From Candidatus Dormiibacterota bacterium (GTDB lineage Bacteria > Chloroflexota > Dormibacteria > Aeolococcales > Aeolococcaceae), in contig OY970355.1 in assembly GCA_963718525.1 (NCBI GenBank), forward strand, positions 1,216,001 to 1,280,000: DNA of 64,000 nucleotides. Direction: 5' to 3'. Each line of letters starts with the position of its first letter. Position 1 is the stretch's first letter. The notes beneath the pieces are model-generated. The model worked only from the letters and a program-made list of their open reading frames with translations, ran no database searches and was not told the origin of the DNA. This document shows positions 47,820 to 59,425 of this stretch, piece by piece. A program made the position numbers and the translations under genes.

Positions 47820-47945
47820 GTGGCTGGAGAGAAATCGCGAGGAGCACCCAAGCGGCAGGGGAAGAAGCCGAAGGCTGCCGCAATTGCCAAGGCGGCAAAG
47901 AAGGCAGCCGCTCAGACGGCGGCGCAGTCCCCGAACCAGAGCTGA
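47820..47945 (+). CDS. Small basic Lys/Ala-rich protein (41 aa)
   Basis: GAGGAG RBS, GTG start, MAGEKSRGAPKRQGKKPKAAAIAKAAKKAAAQTAAQSPNQS; below the ORF-track cutoff. Confidence 0.6.
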   Translation: MAGEKSRGAPKRQGKKPKAAAIAKAAKKAAAQTAAQSPNQS

Positions 47946-47969
47946 CGCCAGCGCCGGGGCGTTCCGGGT

Positions 47970-49832
<1,863 letters not shown>

Positions 49833-49856
49833 CTCTCGATTCTGACCGCCCGGCGT

Positions 49857-50219
49857 TTATCGGCCGCCCGTGACCCAATGCAGGAACTGCTGAATGTGTT
49901 CCGCCAGAGCCTGTTCGAGGTTCTGGAGGACCCCATATTCGCCTGTCGCTGTGGCGGCAGTATTGGTATTCAGCTGCTTGAAGAGGCCCGACAGCGGTGA
50001 CGTGAGCCCACCAAACGGCCCGGCGTTCGCAACCGGGGAAGCGCTTGCGACCGGCAGCGCCGGACCCGGGCCCGGTGTTGCCGTTGCCACCGCGGGCGGC
50101 GCCCAACTGATGTACCGGCCGGGTGCTGGAGCCTGTGCGCCGGCGTGGACCGCGAACGCAACCAGAGCGGCGGCCGCAGCCCCGCCAACCAGCAGATGGA
50201 ATCGATGACGACCGAGCAT
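49857..50219 (-). CDS. Hypothetical secreted protein (120 aa)
   Basis: RBS GGAGG; signal peptide ending AGA-Q; Pro-rich linker; amphipathic C-terminal helix. Confidence 0.65.
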   Translation of the reverse strand: MLGRHRFHLLVGGAAAAALVAFAVHAGAQAPAPGRYISWAPPAVATATPGPGPALPVASASPVANAGPFGGLTSPLSGLFKQLNTNTAATATGEYGVLQNLEQALAEHIQQFLHWVTGGR

Positions 50220-50288
50220 GGGCTTCCTCCAAAGTCTTCGCTTTGACGGTCGCCCCTCCGGCCGCACCGGACGATCCCGGTCGCCGAA

Positions 50289-50316
50289 AGTATACAGATT
50301 TGTGTAGGTAGGTCGG
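50289..50316 (-). promoter_or_regulatory. Promoter with a TACACAAATCTGTATA box
   Basis: Minus strand CCGACC-TACCTACACAAATCTG-TATACT; 15/16 match to the box at 46286. Confidence 0.65.
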
Positions 50317-50396
50317 ACCCGCGCGCGCGGGTCGCCGTCTCCAGGTCAGACGCGCTCCACCCTGCAGAGGGGCGGCGGACTCCTATATTCACATCC

Positions 50397-50681
50397 GTGA
50401 ACGAGGCCCGAACCGTCCTGCTGTACACCGTCGGCGGGATCGTCGGCATCCTGCTCGGCCTGGCGACAGCGCAGGTGACGACCTCGTGCAGCGGGGCGTG
50501 CGCCGGCGCCCCACAGGCGTTTGCGACCTGGCAGAGCGGCCTCATCGGCCTCGGATGCGCCGTCATCGTGCTCATCGCCTGTGCTGTTCTGGACGAGGAG
50601 TTCATTCCCGTCACGCGGCAATGGCTCAGAGCCGCGCGGCGCCGGCTGTCCGGCCAACCTCACAAGCCGCAGGCCGGGTAG
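50397..50681 (+). CDS. Small two-TM hypothetical protein
   Basis: Two hydrophobic segments around a CSGAC loop. Confidence 0.55.
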   Translation: MNEARTVLLYTVGGIVGILLGLATAQVTTSCSGACAGAPQAFATWQSGLIGLGCAVIVLIACAVLDEEFIPVTRQWLRAARRRLSGQPHKPQAG

Positions 50682-50718
50682 GCGCCACGCCGGTGCCTCC
50701 CACATAGACTGGCCGCGA

Positions 50719-51264
50719 ATGAGGAGAGTTGTTCGCCGGCTGGCTCTGATCCAGGCAGCTGCGCTGGTCGTGCTCGGGGTGAGCCTCGCCTCCTGTGGCT
50801 ATCCGACGGCACCGGAATGCGGGATGCCGAACCCTGCGCACACGGCCGCCATCTCGGCCGATCCGGCCGTCGCCTGCTTCGTCGCGGCGGCCAAACACTG
50901 CAAGAGCATGGAGCTCGACGTCCTCGGCGACGGCTTCTCGAACTCGGTCGACGAGCATTTCATCGTTACGCCGAGTGACCACTGCCGGGTCGACGACTAC
51001 GTGGTCTACGACTACAACAGCGTCCAGACCACAGCGCTCGACTGGCGGTGCACGAGCTTCGCCCAGTTACCCGACTGGGGGCTGGTGCTGACGGGGTGCT
51101 CCCCGCAGGTCCAGTGTTACTCCGCGCTCGGTGCCCCGCTGATCGATCCCCCGGCGGTGGCGCCGTCGCTGCCTCCCAACGCCACTCCGACGCCGGTGCC
51201 CTCAACGATCGCCACACCAGCGCCGGCAGGGTCGCCTGTGATCGACGGCCGTCCGCACTGCTGA
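50719..51264 (+). CDS. Cys-rich putative lipoprotein
   Basis: MRRVVRR..LASC lipobox, 8 further Cys, Pro/Thr-rich tail. Confidence 0.65.
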   Translation: MRRVVRRLALIQAAALVVLGVSLASCGYPTAPECGMPNPAHTAAISADPAVACFVAAAKHCKSMELDVLGDGFSNSVDEHFIVTPSDHCRVDDYVVYDYNSVQTTALDWRCTSFAQLPDWGLVLTGCSPQVQCYSALGAPLIDPPAVAPSLPPNATPTPVPSTIATPAPAGSPVIDGRPHC

Positions 51265-51289
51265 AGAGCGAAGGTGAGACGATTCAAGA

Positions 51290-54200
51290 GTGGCTGACCC
51301 TGTTTCGCTGACCCTCCCGGCGATGGGTGAGTCCGTATCCGAAGGCATCGTGTCCCGCTGGCTCAAGGTCGTCGGGGACAACGTCGACGAGGGCGAGCCG
51401 CTCGTCGAGGTGACGACCGACAAGGTCGACGTCGAGGTGCCGGCGCCTGCGACCGGCCGGCTCACCGAGATCGTGGCCGCCGAAGGCGAAACCGTCGCGG
51501 TCGGTGCGACCCTGGCGGTGATCGCCCCAGGCGCCCCGGCTCCGGAGGTCGCTTCCCACCCCGGCCCGTCGCAACCAGAGGAGGCCGCCTCCGACTCCCG
51601 CCTATCACAGCAGAGAGCTGAAGCTCCGGCAGGCGGCGTGGTGGAGTCCGCCACCCCGGCGGCAGCGGCGCAATCACAGCCGGCAGCAGCAGCCCAAGCT
51701 TCTGTACCGCCGCCGGCAGCACCCCCGGTTACGCCGCTGCCGCAACCCGTGTCCGCTTCGGACGGAACTGACGTGAGCGCGGCGCCACTCGCGCGACGCG
51801 CGGCCGCAAGGTATGGAGTGGACCTCCACAACATCCATGGTTCGGGGCCGGGCGGCATCGTGACCAAAGGCGACGTGCTCGCAGCTAAAGCAGGAGGCGG
51901 AACCCGAATCGACACGACGGTGCGCGTGGCTGACGGCGAGCATGCTGAGCCGATCAAGGGTCCGGCGGCAGCTCTTGTCGACTACATGGAGCGCAGCCGC
52001 GACATCCCCACGGCGACGTCCTTCCGTACTGTTGCGGTGGACGTCCTCGAGAGCCGGCGTCGCCAGCTGAACAGCGCGCTGGCGACGAGTGGCAACGCCG
52101 GCAAGGTGTCGTTCACCCACCTCATCGGATACGCGATCGCGCGCGCCGCGGCGGCAAGCCCTGCGATGACAACGCACTTCGCCCGCACCCAGGACGGCAA
52201 GCCGGCGCGAGTCCCGGGACCGGTGAACCTCGGGCTGGCGGTCGACAGCGTTCGCAGGGACGGGTCGAGGTCGCTCGTCGTCCCGGTCATCCGCAACGCG
52301 GCGGACCTTTCCTTCACGGACTTCCGCGCACAGTACGAGCGTCTCATTGAACGTGCTCGCGGCAACGCGCTGTCGGCGGACGAGTTGCAGGGCGCGACGC
52401 TGACGCTCACCAATCCCGGCGGCATCGGGACCGTGGCGTCGGTACCAAGGCTCATGCCCGGTCAGGGAACGATCGTGGCCGTCGGCGCAATCGGCTACCC
52501 CGCCGAGTGGCGCACCGTCGCCGACGCGACCATCCGAGACCTCGGCGTCGGCAAGGTCATGACCATGACAAGCACCTACGACCACCGGGTCATTCAAGGC
52601 GCTGAGTTGGGCGAGTTCCTCGGTCGCGTCGAGGCCTTGCTCGATGGCGCCGACGGCTTCTATGACGCGGTTTTCTCCAGTCTTGGCCAGATCATGCCGG
52701 AGCTGGAAGCTGGGCCGGTCCGCAGCGCTTCCCCTGCGGCACCTGCGCCCGCCCCAGGACCGACCCCAGGCACGGCACCGGATCGCGTGCTGCTCGCCGC
52801 GATGCAGGCAGCCACATCGCTGGTGAAAGCGCATCGCACCCATGGCCATCTGGGAGCCCACCTCGACCCGCTCGGCTCACCGCCGATCGGCGACCCCGCC
52901 ATGGATCCGTCCACCTATGGGCTGACCCAGGACCTGATGGAGCAGATCCCCGCCGATCTGCTCCGCGTGTACGTTCCGGGTCGCAATCTCGCCGAGGTAC
53001 TCCCCAACCTCCGCCGCACCTACTGCAGCACGATCGCGTTCGAGATCGAGCACATCTCGAGCCACGAGCAGCGCGTCTGGTTGCGCGAGCACATCGAGTC
53101 CGGCAAGTACCGCCCGTCGCTCACGGTGGAGGACCGGCTGCGCATCCTCGAGCGCCTGACCAAGGTGGACGCGATGGAGCGCTATCAGCGCGCTGCCTTC
53201 CTCGGTCAGCACACGTTCTCGCTCGAAGGCCTCGACGCGCTGGTGCCGATGCTCGAGACCCTCCTCACCCTGGTCGCCGACGATGGCATCGGGGAAGTGG
53301 TCATGGGCATGCCCCACCGCGGACGCCTCGCCGTGGTGGCCCACGTCGCCAATCACTCGTACGAATCGATCCTCAACGCCTTCGAACTGGCGTCGGCACG
53401 CCGGGCGATCAGGCGCTTCCAGTCGACGGGCGACGTGAAGTACCACATGGGCGCCACCGGCACGTATCACACCGAGAACGGCAAGGTGATCCTGGTGCGC
53501 CTGCTGCCCAATCCCAGCCACCTCGAGGCCATCGACCCGGTGGTGGAAGGCTGGTCCCGGGCGGCACAGACGCAGCGTCGAGCAACCACGCTGCACCTCG
53601 ATCCCATGGCTGCGCTGCCCGTGCTGATCCACGGCGACGCCGCGTTCGCCGGGCAGGGCATCGTCCAGGAGGTGCTCAACCTCCAGTCGCTCCCCGGGTA
53701 CACGACCGGGGGCACCGTGCACTTCATCGCCGACAACCAGGTCGGCTTCACCACCGACCCGCAGGAGGGGAGGTCGACGCGCTACGCCTCCGACCTTGCC
53801 AAGGGCTTCGACATCCCGATCGTCCATGTGAATGCCGACGACGTCGAGGCGTGCCTGGCCGCAATCACCTTCGCGTACGACTACCGCCGCGCCTACCGCC
53901 GCGACGTCATGGTGCACCTCATCGGCTACCGGCGATTCGGACACAACGAGGGCGACGAACCCGCATACACACAACCGCTCATGTACCTGAAGATCCGTCA
54001 GCACCCGACGGTGCGGGAGATCTTCGCCGCGAAGCTCGTTGCCGACGGACTGATCAGGCCCGAGGAGGCCGAGGCGCAGTCCAAGGCGATGTACCAGCGC
54101 CTTGCCGACGCGCACAAGAAGGTGAAGGAAAACCTCGCCGCCGAGCTCGACGATCTGACTCACGAGCAGGTCATCGAGGAGGCGGACGACCCCATGCTGC

Positions 54201-55415
54201 GCACCGCTGTCCCGGGACGCCTGCTCGCCTCACTCAACGACCAGCTGCTCACCTTCCCCAAGCACTTCACGCCGAACACCAAGCTGCTGCGGCAGATGGA
54301 TCGTCGCAAGACGGCAATGCTCGAGGGAGTCATCGACTGGGGCACCGCCGAAGCGCTCGCGTTCGCGTCACTGATCACACAGGGTCATCCCATCCGGCTG
54401 ACCGGGCAGGACACCGTGCGCGGCACGTTCAGCCATCGTCACCTTGCGTTTCACGATGAGCGCACCGGGGAAATATTCATACCGATGCAGCACCTCACCG
54501 ATGCGCAGGCCACGTTCGAGGTCCTCAACAGTCCGCTCAGCGAGGTTGGCTGTCTCGGATTCGAGTACGGCTACAGCGCGGCGGACCCTGAGACCCTGGT
54601 CATCTGGGAAGCGCAGTACGGCGATTTCTTCAACAACGCCGAGATGATCGTCGACCAGTTCGTCTCGTCGGCTCGTGCCAAATGGGGTCAGCACTCGCGC
54701 TTGACCATGCTGCTGCCGCACGGCTATGAGGGCAGCGGTCCCGAGCATTCGAGCGCGCGGATCGAGCGTTTCCTGCAACTCTGCGCGAACGACAACATGC
54801 GCCTCGTCAACTGCACAACCAGTGCGCAGTATTTCCATCTGATGCGCAGCCAAGGACTGCTCAACGACCCCCGGCCGTTGATCGTGTTCACGCCGAAGAG
54901 CCTGCTGCGCTTGAAGGAGGCAACCTCGAAGCTTTCGGAGCTCAGCACCGGCAGGTTCCAGCCGGTGATCGACGATCCGACGGGCTCGGAGCGACGCGAC
55001 GAGGTGCGCTCGCTGCTGCTCTGCTCGGGACGCATCTATTACGAGCTCAGCCTTGCGCCGCAACGAGTAGAGTCCCGCGACGTCGCGATCGCGCGAGTTC
55101 GAGCAACTCTATCCGCTGCCGATCGAGGCAATCCTCGAGCTGGTCGCCTCCTACCCGAAGCTCGAGCGTCTGTACTGGGTCCAGGAGGAGCCGCAGAACA
55201 TGGGCGCATGGGGGAGCCTCGAGCGCGCTCTCGGCCTGGCTCGACCGTCGTCCATCCAGTGGGACTACATCGGCAGACCGCGCCGCGCGAGTCCGTCAGA
55301 GGGCTACGCGGGCTCACATCAGCTCGAGCAGGAACGTATCGTCACCGAGGCGTTCTCCACCTCGCGGCGCGATCGGAACGCATCGCTGGCCGCCGTCCCC
55401 GCCACCAGCGCATGA
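51290..55415 (+). CDS. kgd: 2-oxoglutarate dehydrogenase E2o-E1o fusion (lipoyl-PSBD-succinyltransferase-E1), with a +1 frameshift at 55098-55099
   Basis: Lipoyl VTTDKVDVEVP, PSBD APLARRAA..GSGPGG, TYDHRVIQG, GMPHRGRL, HGDAAFAGQG, PEHSSAR; removing one T restores ARVEQLYP...WVQEEPQNMGAW...SPSEG, ending at TGA 55415. Confidence 0.9.
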
Positions 55416-56779
55416 CTCAGCGCGTCGTGGTGCTCGGCGGAGGTCCCGCCGGAGATGTCGCCGCGCTTCGCGCCGCACAGCTCGGCGCCGAGGTGACGCT
55501 TATCGAACGGGCCGAACTGGGTGGGACGTGCCTCAACTGGGGCTGCATCCCGACCAAGTCGCTGCTGGCCGGAGCCGATCTGCTGCGCAAGATTCGCGCC
55601 GCCGCGTCGTTCGGCATCCGCGTTCCCGAACCAGAGATCGACTTCCCGCGCATGATGGAACGCAAGGAAGAGATCGTGCTGACCATGCGCAAGGGCGTCG
55701 AGGCCGCGTGCAAGCGCAAGGGGGTCAAGGTCGTTCGCGCCCAGGGCGTGGTCGACGGCGACGCGGTCGTCACCGGCGACGAACGCCACGAGTTCGATCA
55801 CCTCATCGTCTGCGTGGGCACCGAGGCTTCTGGCCTTCCCGGCATCGACATGGACCATCCGCGTGTGGTGACCTCAGACGGCATCCTCCGCCTGGAGCGA
55901 ATCCCCGACCACATGCTCGTGATCGGGGGCGGCGTCGTTGGATGCGAATTCGCGAGCCTCTTCGCAGCGCTCGGATCGAAGGTCACCGTCGTCGAGGTGC
56001 TCCCCCAGGTCCTGGCCGGTGTGGATGCGCGCATCGTCCAGCAGTGGCGCCGCATCGTCGAGAAGCAGGAAATCACCTTTCTCCCGGGACGCCGTGTCGC
56101 ATCGGTCGAGTACGCCACGGATTCGGTGAAGGCTCACCTCGACGACGGCACTGCCATCGACGCCGACCTGCTGCTCATCTCGGTCGGACGTCGTTCACAG
56201 ACCCGCGGCATCGGCCTCGAAGACGCGGGCGTCATCATCAGCGACCGCGACCACATCGAGGTGGACGCGTTCCTGCGAACCGCCAACCCGAAGATCTGGG
56301 GCGCCGGTGATTGCATCGGCGGCCTCCAGCTGGCCCATCTCGGCAGCGCGGAAGGCGGGCGCGCGGTCGAGAACGCGCTCGGCCATGAGGTGATGCCGAT
56401 GGACCGTACCGTAGTGCCCTCGTGCATCTACACCCACCCTGAAATTGCCATGGTTGGCCTGAACCCGGAAGCGGCGAAGGCCGCCGGTATCGAGCTCAAG
56501 CTCGGCCAGGCGCGTTACCTCGGCAACGGTAAAGCCCTCGGCGAAGGTGAGCCCGACGGCCTCGCTCAGCTGTACGCCGACGCGGCAACCGACCAACTCG
56601 TCGGCGCCACCGTCATGGGTGTCCACGCGGTCGAGATCATCCACGAAGTCGGCGTCGCCATCAGCGACGGCCTGTCGATGGACGACCTGGGCTCGATCAT
56701 CCACGCGCATCCCACTGTCAGCGAACTGATCATGGACGCGGCCGAACAAGGCGAAGGCGTCGCTCCATATCTGAGCTGA
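55412..56779 (+). CDS. lpdA: Dihydrolipoamide dehydrogenase (E3)
   Basis: ATG overlapping the kgd stop (ATGA); VVLGGGPAG, GGTCLNWGCIP, GGGVVGCE, HAHPTVSE. Confidence 0.95.
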   Translation: MTQRVVVLGGGPAGDVAALRAAQLGAEVTLIERAELGGTCLNWGCIPTKSLLAGADLLRKIRAAASFGIRVPEPEIDFPRMMERKEEIVLTMRKGVEAACKRKGVKVVRAQGVVDGDAVVTGDERHEFDHLIVCVGTEASGLPGIDMDHPRVVTSDGILRLERIPDHMLVIGGGVVGCEFASLFAALGSKVTVVEVLPQVLAGVDARIVQQWRRIVEKQEITFLPGRRVASVEYATDSVKAHLDDGTAIDADLLLISVGRRSQTRGIGLEDAGVIISDRDHIEVDAFLRTANPKIWGAGDCIGGLQLAHLGSAEGGRAVENALGHEVMPMDRTVVPSCIYTHPEIAMVGLNPEAAKAAGIELKLGQARYLGNGKALGEGEPDGLAQLYADAATDQLVGATVMGVHAVEIIHEVGVAISDGLSMDDLGSIIHAHPTVSELIMDAAEQGEGVAPYLS

Positions 56780-56793
56780 ACGCGCTGCTCCGC

Positions 56794-56916
56794 GGGGCGG
56801 GAGGGGTCACCCGCGCCACTGCTCAGCTTGTCAGCGCCCTCGTTCGCGCAAGCAGATTGTCGCGCTCGCTCGGGCGCTGCCAAATTCGCGGTGGCGCGGG
56901 TGACCCCTCCCGCCCC
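56794..56916. repeat. 123-bp palindromic element with perfect 26-bp inverted arms (REP/MITE-like)
   Basis: GGGGCGGGAGGGGTCACCCGCGCCAC (56794-56819) is the reverse complement of 56891-56916; inner stem CAGCGCCC/GGGCGCTG; lies between convergent genes. Confidence 0.85.
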
Positions 56917-56931
56917 AGACGCACGCTCAGT

Positions 56932-57342
56932 TCAGGACGTCGCTGTTTTGCGGAGACGCTCGTCGCGGCGCCTGCGGTTTCGCATCCGCAGCGCGATGAC
57001 TAGGACACGCCCCTCGAACCAAGTCCCCCACCCAGTCGCGAGCGCAGCGGCGAGCAGGAGGGCACCGAGCCAGCGCGGCGTCAGGACGACGATCGTGACG
57101 CCTGCGACCAGGAGGACCGTGGTGGCGGTCAGGAGCGCGACGGTCAGCAACGCGCGCCACGTGAGCAGGATGGAGTTCCTGACCGCAATGACCGCCGCCT
57201 CCGCGTCGATGCGAGCTTTTGGCGCGGCGCCGGGCACCGGTTGACCACCCGCAAAGGCCCGCCTCCGGCTGGTGGCGATTCGCCAGAAAAAGAGGCTCGC
57301 CGCAAGCCGGGCGAGGAGCCTGATCACGATGGCCCACGGCAT
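56932..57342 (-). CDS. Hypothetical membrane protein
   Basis: 136 aa, two TM segments, basic termini. Confidence 0.6.
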   Translation of the reverse strand: MPWAIVIRLLARLAASLFFWRIATSRRRAFAGGQPVPGAAPKARIDAEAAVIAVRNSILLTWRALLTVALLTATTVLLVAGVTIVVLTPRWLGALLLAAALATGWGTWFEGRVLVIALRMRNRRRRDERLRKTATS

Positions 57343-57389
57343 GTCCTCATGCTACAGTCGCCGGGCGTTTCAACCGTGGGAGCAACGAG

Positions 57390-57617
57390 ATGATTCGTGC
57401 GTACGTGCTCGTGACCGCGAGCGCCGGCAAGGCACAACACGTGGCTGATGCCCTGAGAGGCACTGACGGCATCGTCCTGGTCGACGCGATCACCGGCGAA
57501 TATGACGTCATCGCCCAGGTCGAGGCAAAGGATGTCCCAGGCATCGGGCGCGTCATCCTTGATCGGATCCAGTCTGCGGACGGCGTGGTCAAGACGATCA
57601 CGTGCCTCGCGGTCTGA
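57390..57617 (+). CDS. Lrp/AsnC ligand-binding-domain-only protein
   Basis: AYVLV, ITGEYDVIA, I..IQSADGVVKTIT; no HTH. Confidence 0.88.
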   Translation: MIRAYVLVTASAGKAQHVADALRGTDGIVLVDAITGEYDVIAQVEAKDVPGIGRVILDRIQSADGVVKTITCLAV

Positions 57618-58464
57618 CCCGGACGCGGCCACAGACGTCGGGAACCCTGGCCTGGGCGGACTGACCACCCTCTACGGGGCAGCGCTCGGGCGCATCCGCG
57701 CCAGCGCGCGTCTTCGCCGGTCGCTGGTGTCGTGGTCGATGCTTGGGCTCATCCTGGGCGAAGCCCTGTCGGGTGACGTGGCGCTCGTGCACGACCATGG
57801 GACGCTGATCCTGGCGCTCGTCGCCACCGCCATCTGGTGGGTCCTGGTGACGATCGGTGTCATCGGCGGTGCCGCGCTGCTACGAACACCGGACGGAACG
57901 CCAGTCGATCGCTACGGGATCCCCAACGGGCTGACGGCGCTCCGCGGATACGCGTGCGTTCCGGTGCTGCTGATGGGGACGCTCTCGCTGCCGGGGCGTC
58001 TCGGGCTGGCGCTCTGGGGCAGCATCGGCGGGTCGGTGGGGCTGCTGGATGCGGTCGACGGGTTCATCGCCCGCCGCTACGGTCCGGTGACGGTGCTCGG
58101 CAAGGCGATGGACCCATTCGGTGATGCCCTGTACTTCGTCGTCGGGGCGATCGGGTCCTGGGCGCTCGGGATCGTCCCACTCTGGCTCGCCGTCCTGATC
58201 GTGGCCCGGTATCTTGGACCGGTCCTGCTGACCCCGATCGTGCTGATGACCGGACGCCGCCCGGAACTGGTTTACACGGTCTGGGGACGGCGCAACACGA
58301 TCCTCACCGGCATCGTGCTCTTCATCCTGTACTGGGTCCGGCTCTTCGGCGGACCCGTCGACATCCTGGCGCTGATCCTCGCGCTCCCAACCCTCGTGCC
58401 CACGGCGCTGCTGCACTTTGCGGCGCTCTTCCAGCGGGTCGCGGCCTCGCCGCGGGCACGATGA
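57502..58464 (+). CDS. CDP-alcohol phosphatidyltransferase family protein (start uncertain)
   Basis: IPNGLTALR, DAVDGFIARRYGPVTVLGKAMDPFGD motif. Confidence 0.85.
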   Translation: MTSSPRSRQRMSQASGASSLIGSSLRTAWSRRSRASRSDPDAATDVGNPGLGGLTTLYGAALGRIRASARLRRSLVSWSMLGLILGEALSGDVALVHDHGTLILALVATAIWWVLVTIGVIGGAALLRTPDGTPVDRYGIPNGLTALRGYACVPVLLMGTLSLPGRLGLALWGSIGGSVGLLDAVDGFIARRYGPVTVLGKAMDPFGDALYFVVGAIGSWALGIVPLWLAVLIVARYLGPVLLTPIVLMTGRRPELVYTVWGRRNTILTGIVLFILYWVRLFGGPVDILALILALPTLVPTALLHFAALFQRVAASPRAR

Positions 58465-58473
58465 CGAATCGGG

Positions 58474-58815
58474 TCAGGATGCGGCGGGGCGGAGCGTGTC
58501 TCGCAGGTGCATCAGCCAGCCGGCCGGGGTGACCCCGCTCGCACCAGGGACGTAATTGCAATCGAACCCGTCGGCGAGGACGCGCGTGAGTCCGTCGTCG
58601 TCGAATCCCGCGCCGAGCAACCGGTCGATGTCGCTCGCGGCGTCGGCAACGGTGTCGGGGGACGCGTCGTCCGCGAACGCATGCACGGCGGCGTCCGGGG
58701 TCGCGTGATCCTGCCGCCAATCCTGGTGGTAGTAGCCGGCGAGGAGCTGGGCGAGCGCGGGGTAGTCGGTGGCCGCGCTGTCGATCGCGTTGTCGATATC
58801 GATGGTGCCGTTCAT
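58474..58815 (-). CDS. CdiI-type immunity protein
   Basis: YPALAQLLAGYYHQDW signature, acidic, C-terminal WL..L; directly after the toxin domain. Confidence 0.82.
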   Translation of the reverse strand: MNGTIDIDNAIDSAATDYPALAQLLAGYYHQDWRQDHATPDAAVHAFADDASPDTVADAASDIDRLLGAGFDDDGLTRVLADGFDCNYVPGASGVTPAGWLMHLRDTLRPAAS

Positions 58816-58817
58816 TG

Positions 58818-59297
58818 TCAGCGCTCCTTGTGTCTCTTGTCCCGATAGGGGGACCGGGTCGGATAGGCGGTCACGAGCGTGAACCCGCCAGGCAGCTCGT
58901 CGTTGCGGCGCAGGACCAGGCGAACAGCCGTCACCTGCGTGGGGACCACCACGCCACGGCTGACCTCCGCGTAGGTGAGCACGTGACCGACCACCTCGCC
59001 CATGTCCTCGACGAACGTGAACGGTGCGCCCTTGTCCCTGCCCCCGAGCCACGCGGCGATGTCGTTGCTGCGCCGTGTGACCGCGATGTCGACGCAGCGT
59101 TGCGCGGTTGCCCGGCTCACGAACCGGCCCGCAGCTGCCACGCCCTCGCGGAGGATGCGGCGCATCTCGTCGCCCGGCCGGGTATCGACGTGACGTCTCA
59201 GCGTATGCCCACCTCGACCCTCGTAGACGCTGAGGTCCTCGACCGGGATCCGGCGAGGGCGAGGCCCTGGAACCGGCCGGTCAATGCCATCGAGCAT
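58818..59297 (-). CDS. Bacterial RNase A-like (CdiA-CT) toxin domain protein, stand-alone
   Basis: DLSVYEGRGGHTLRRHV N-terminal motif, IAAWL, VRLVL, C-terminal LVTAYP; own RBS GGAGG and ATG. Confidence 0.82.
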   Translation of the reverse strand: MLDGIDRPVPGPRPRRIPVEDLSVYEGRGGHTLRRHVDTRPGDEMRRILREGVAAAGRFVSRATAQRCVDIAVTRRSNDIAAWLGGRDKGAPFTFVEDMGEVVGHVLTYAEVSRGVVVPTQVTAVRLVLRRNDELPGGFTLVTAYPTRSPYRDKRHKER

Positions 59298-59425
59298 GCG
59301 TATGTCCTCCCGCGCCTGTCGCTGAGCGGCGTGTGATCGCCGCGATAGGCCGCAGTCTCCCCGGGCTCGGCGGACACGGCGCAGACGTTTGAGCGGACCA
59401 CGCACGAACGCATAATCACCGCGCA

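Noticed and set aside
47540-47890. 116-aa minus-strand ORF across the acdS-typA gap
   Set aside because: No recognisable motif or RBS; it overlaps a better-supported small + strand ORF and a structured region.
51290-56779. 1829-aa ORF as a genuine single-chain E2-E1-E3 enzyme
   Set aside because: The joining segment is off-frame sequence; the conserved E1o C-terminus and an ATGA-coupled lpdA start exist in the proper frames, so a 1-nt insertion explains it.
57390-57617. AcdR regulator of acdS
   Set aside because: It is 10 kb away and lacks the DNA-binding HTH.
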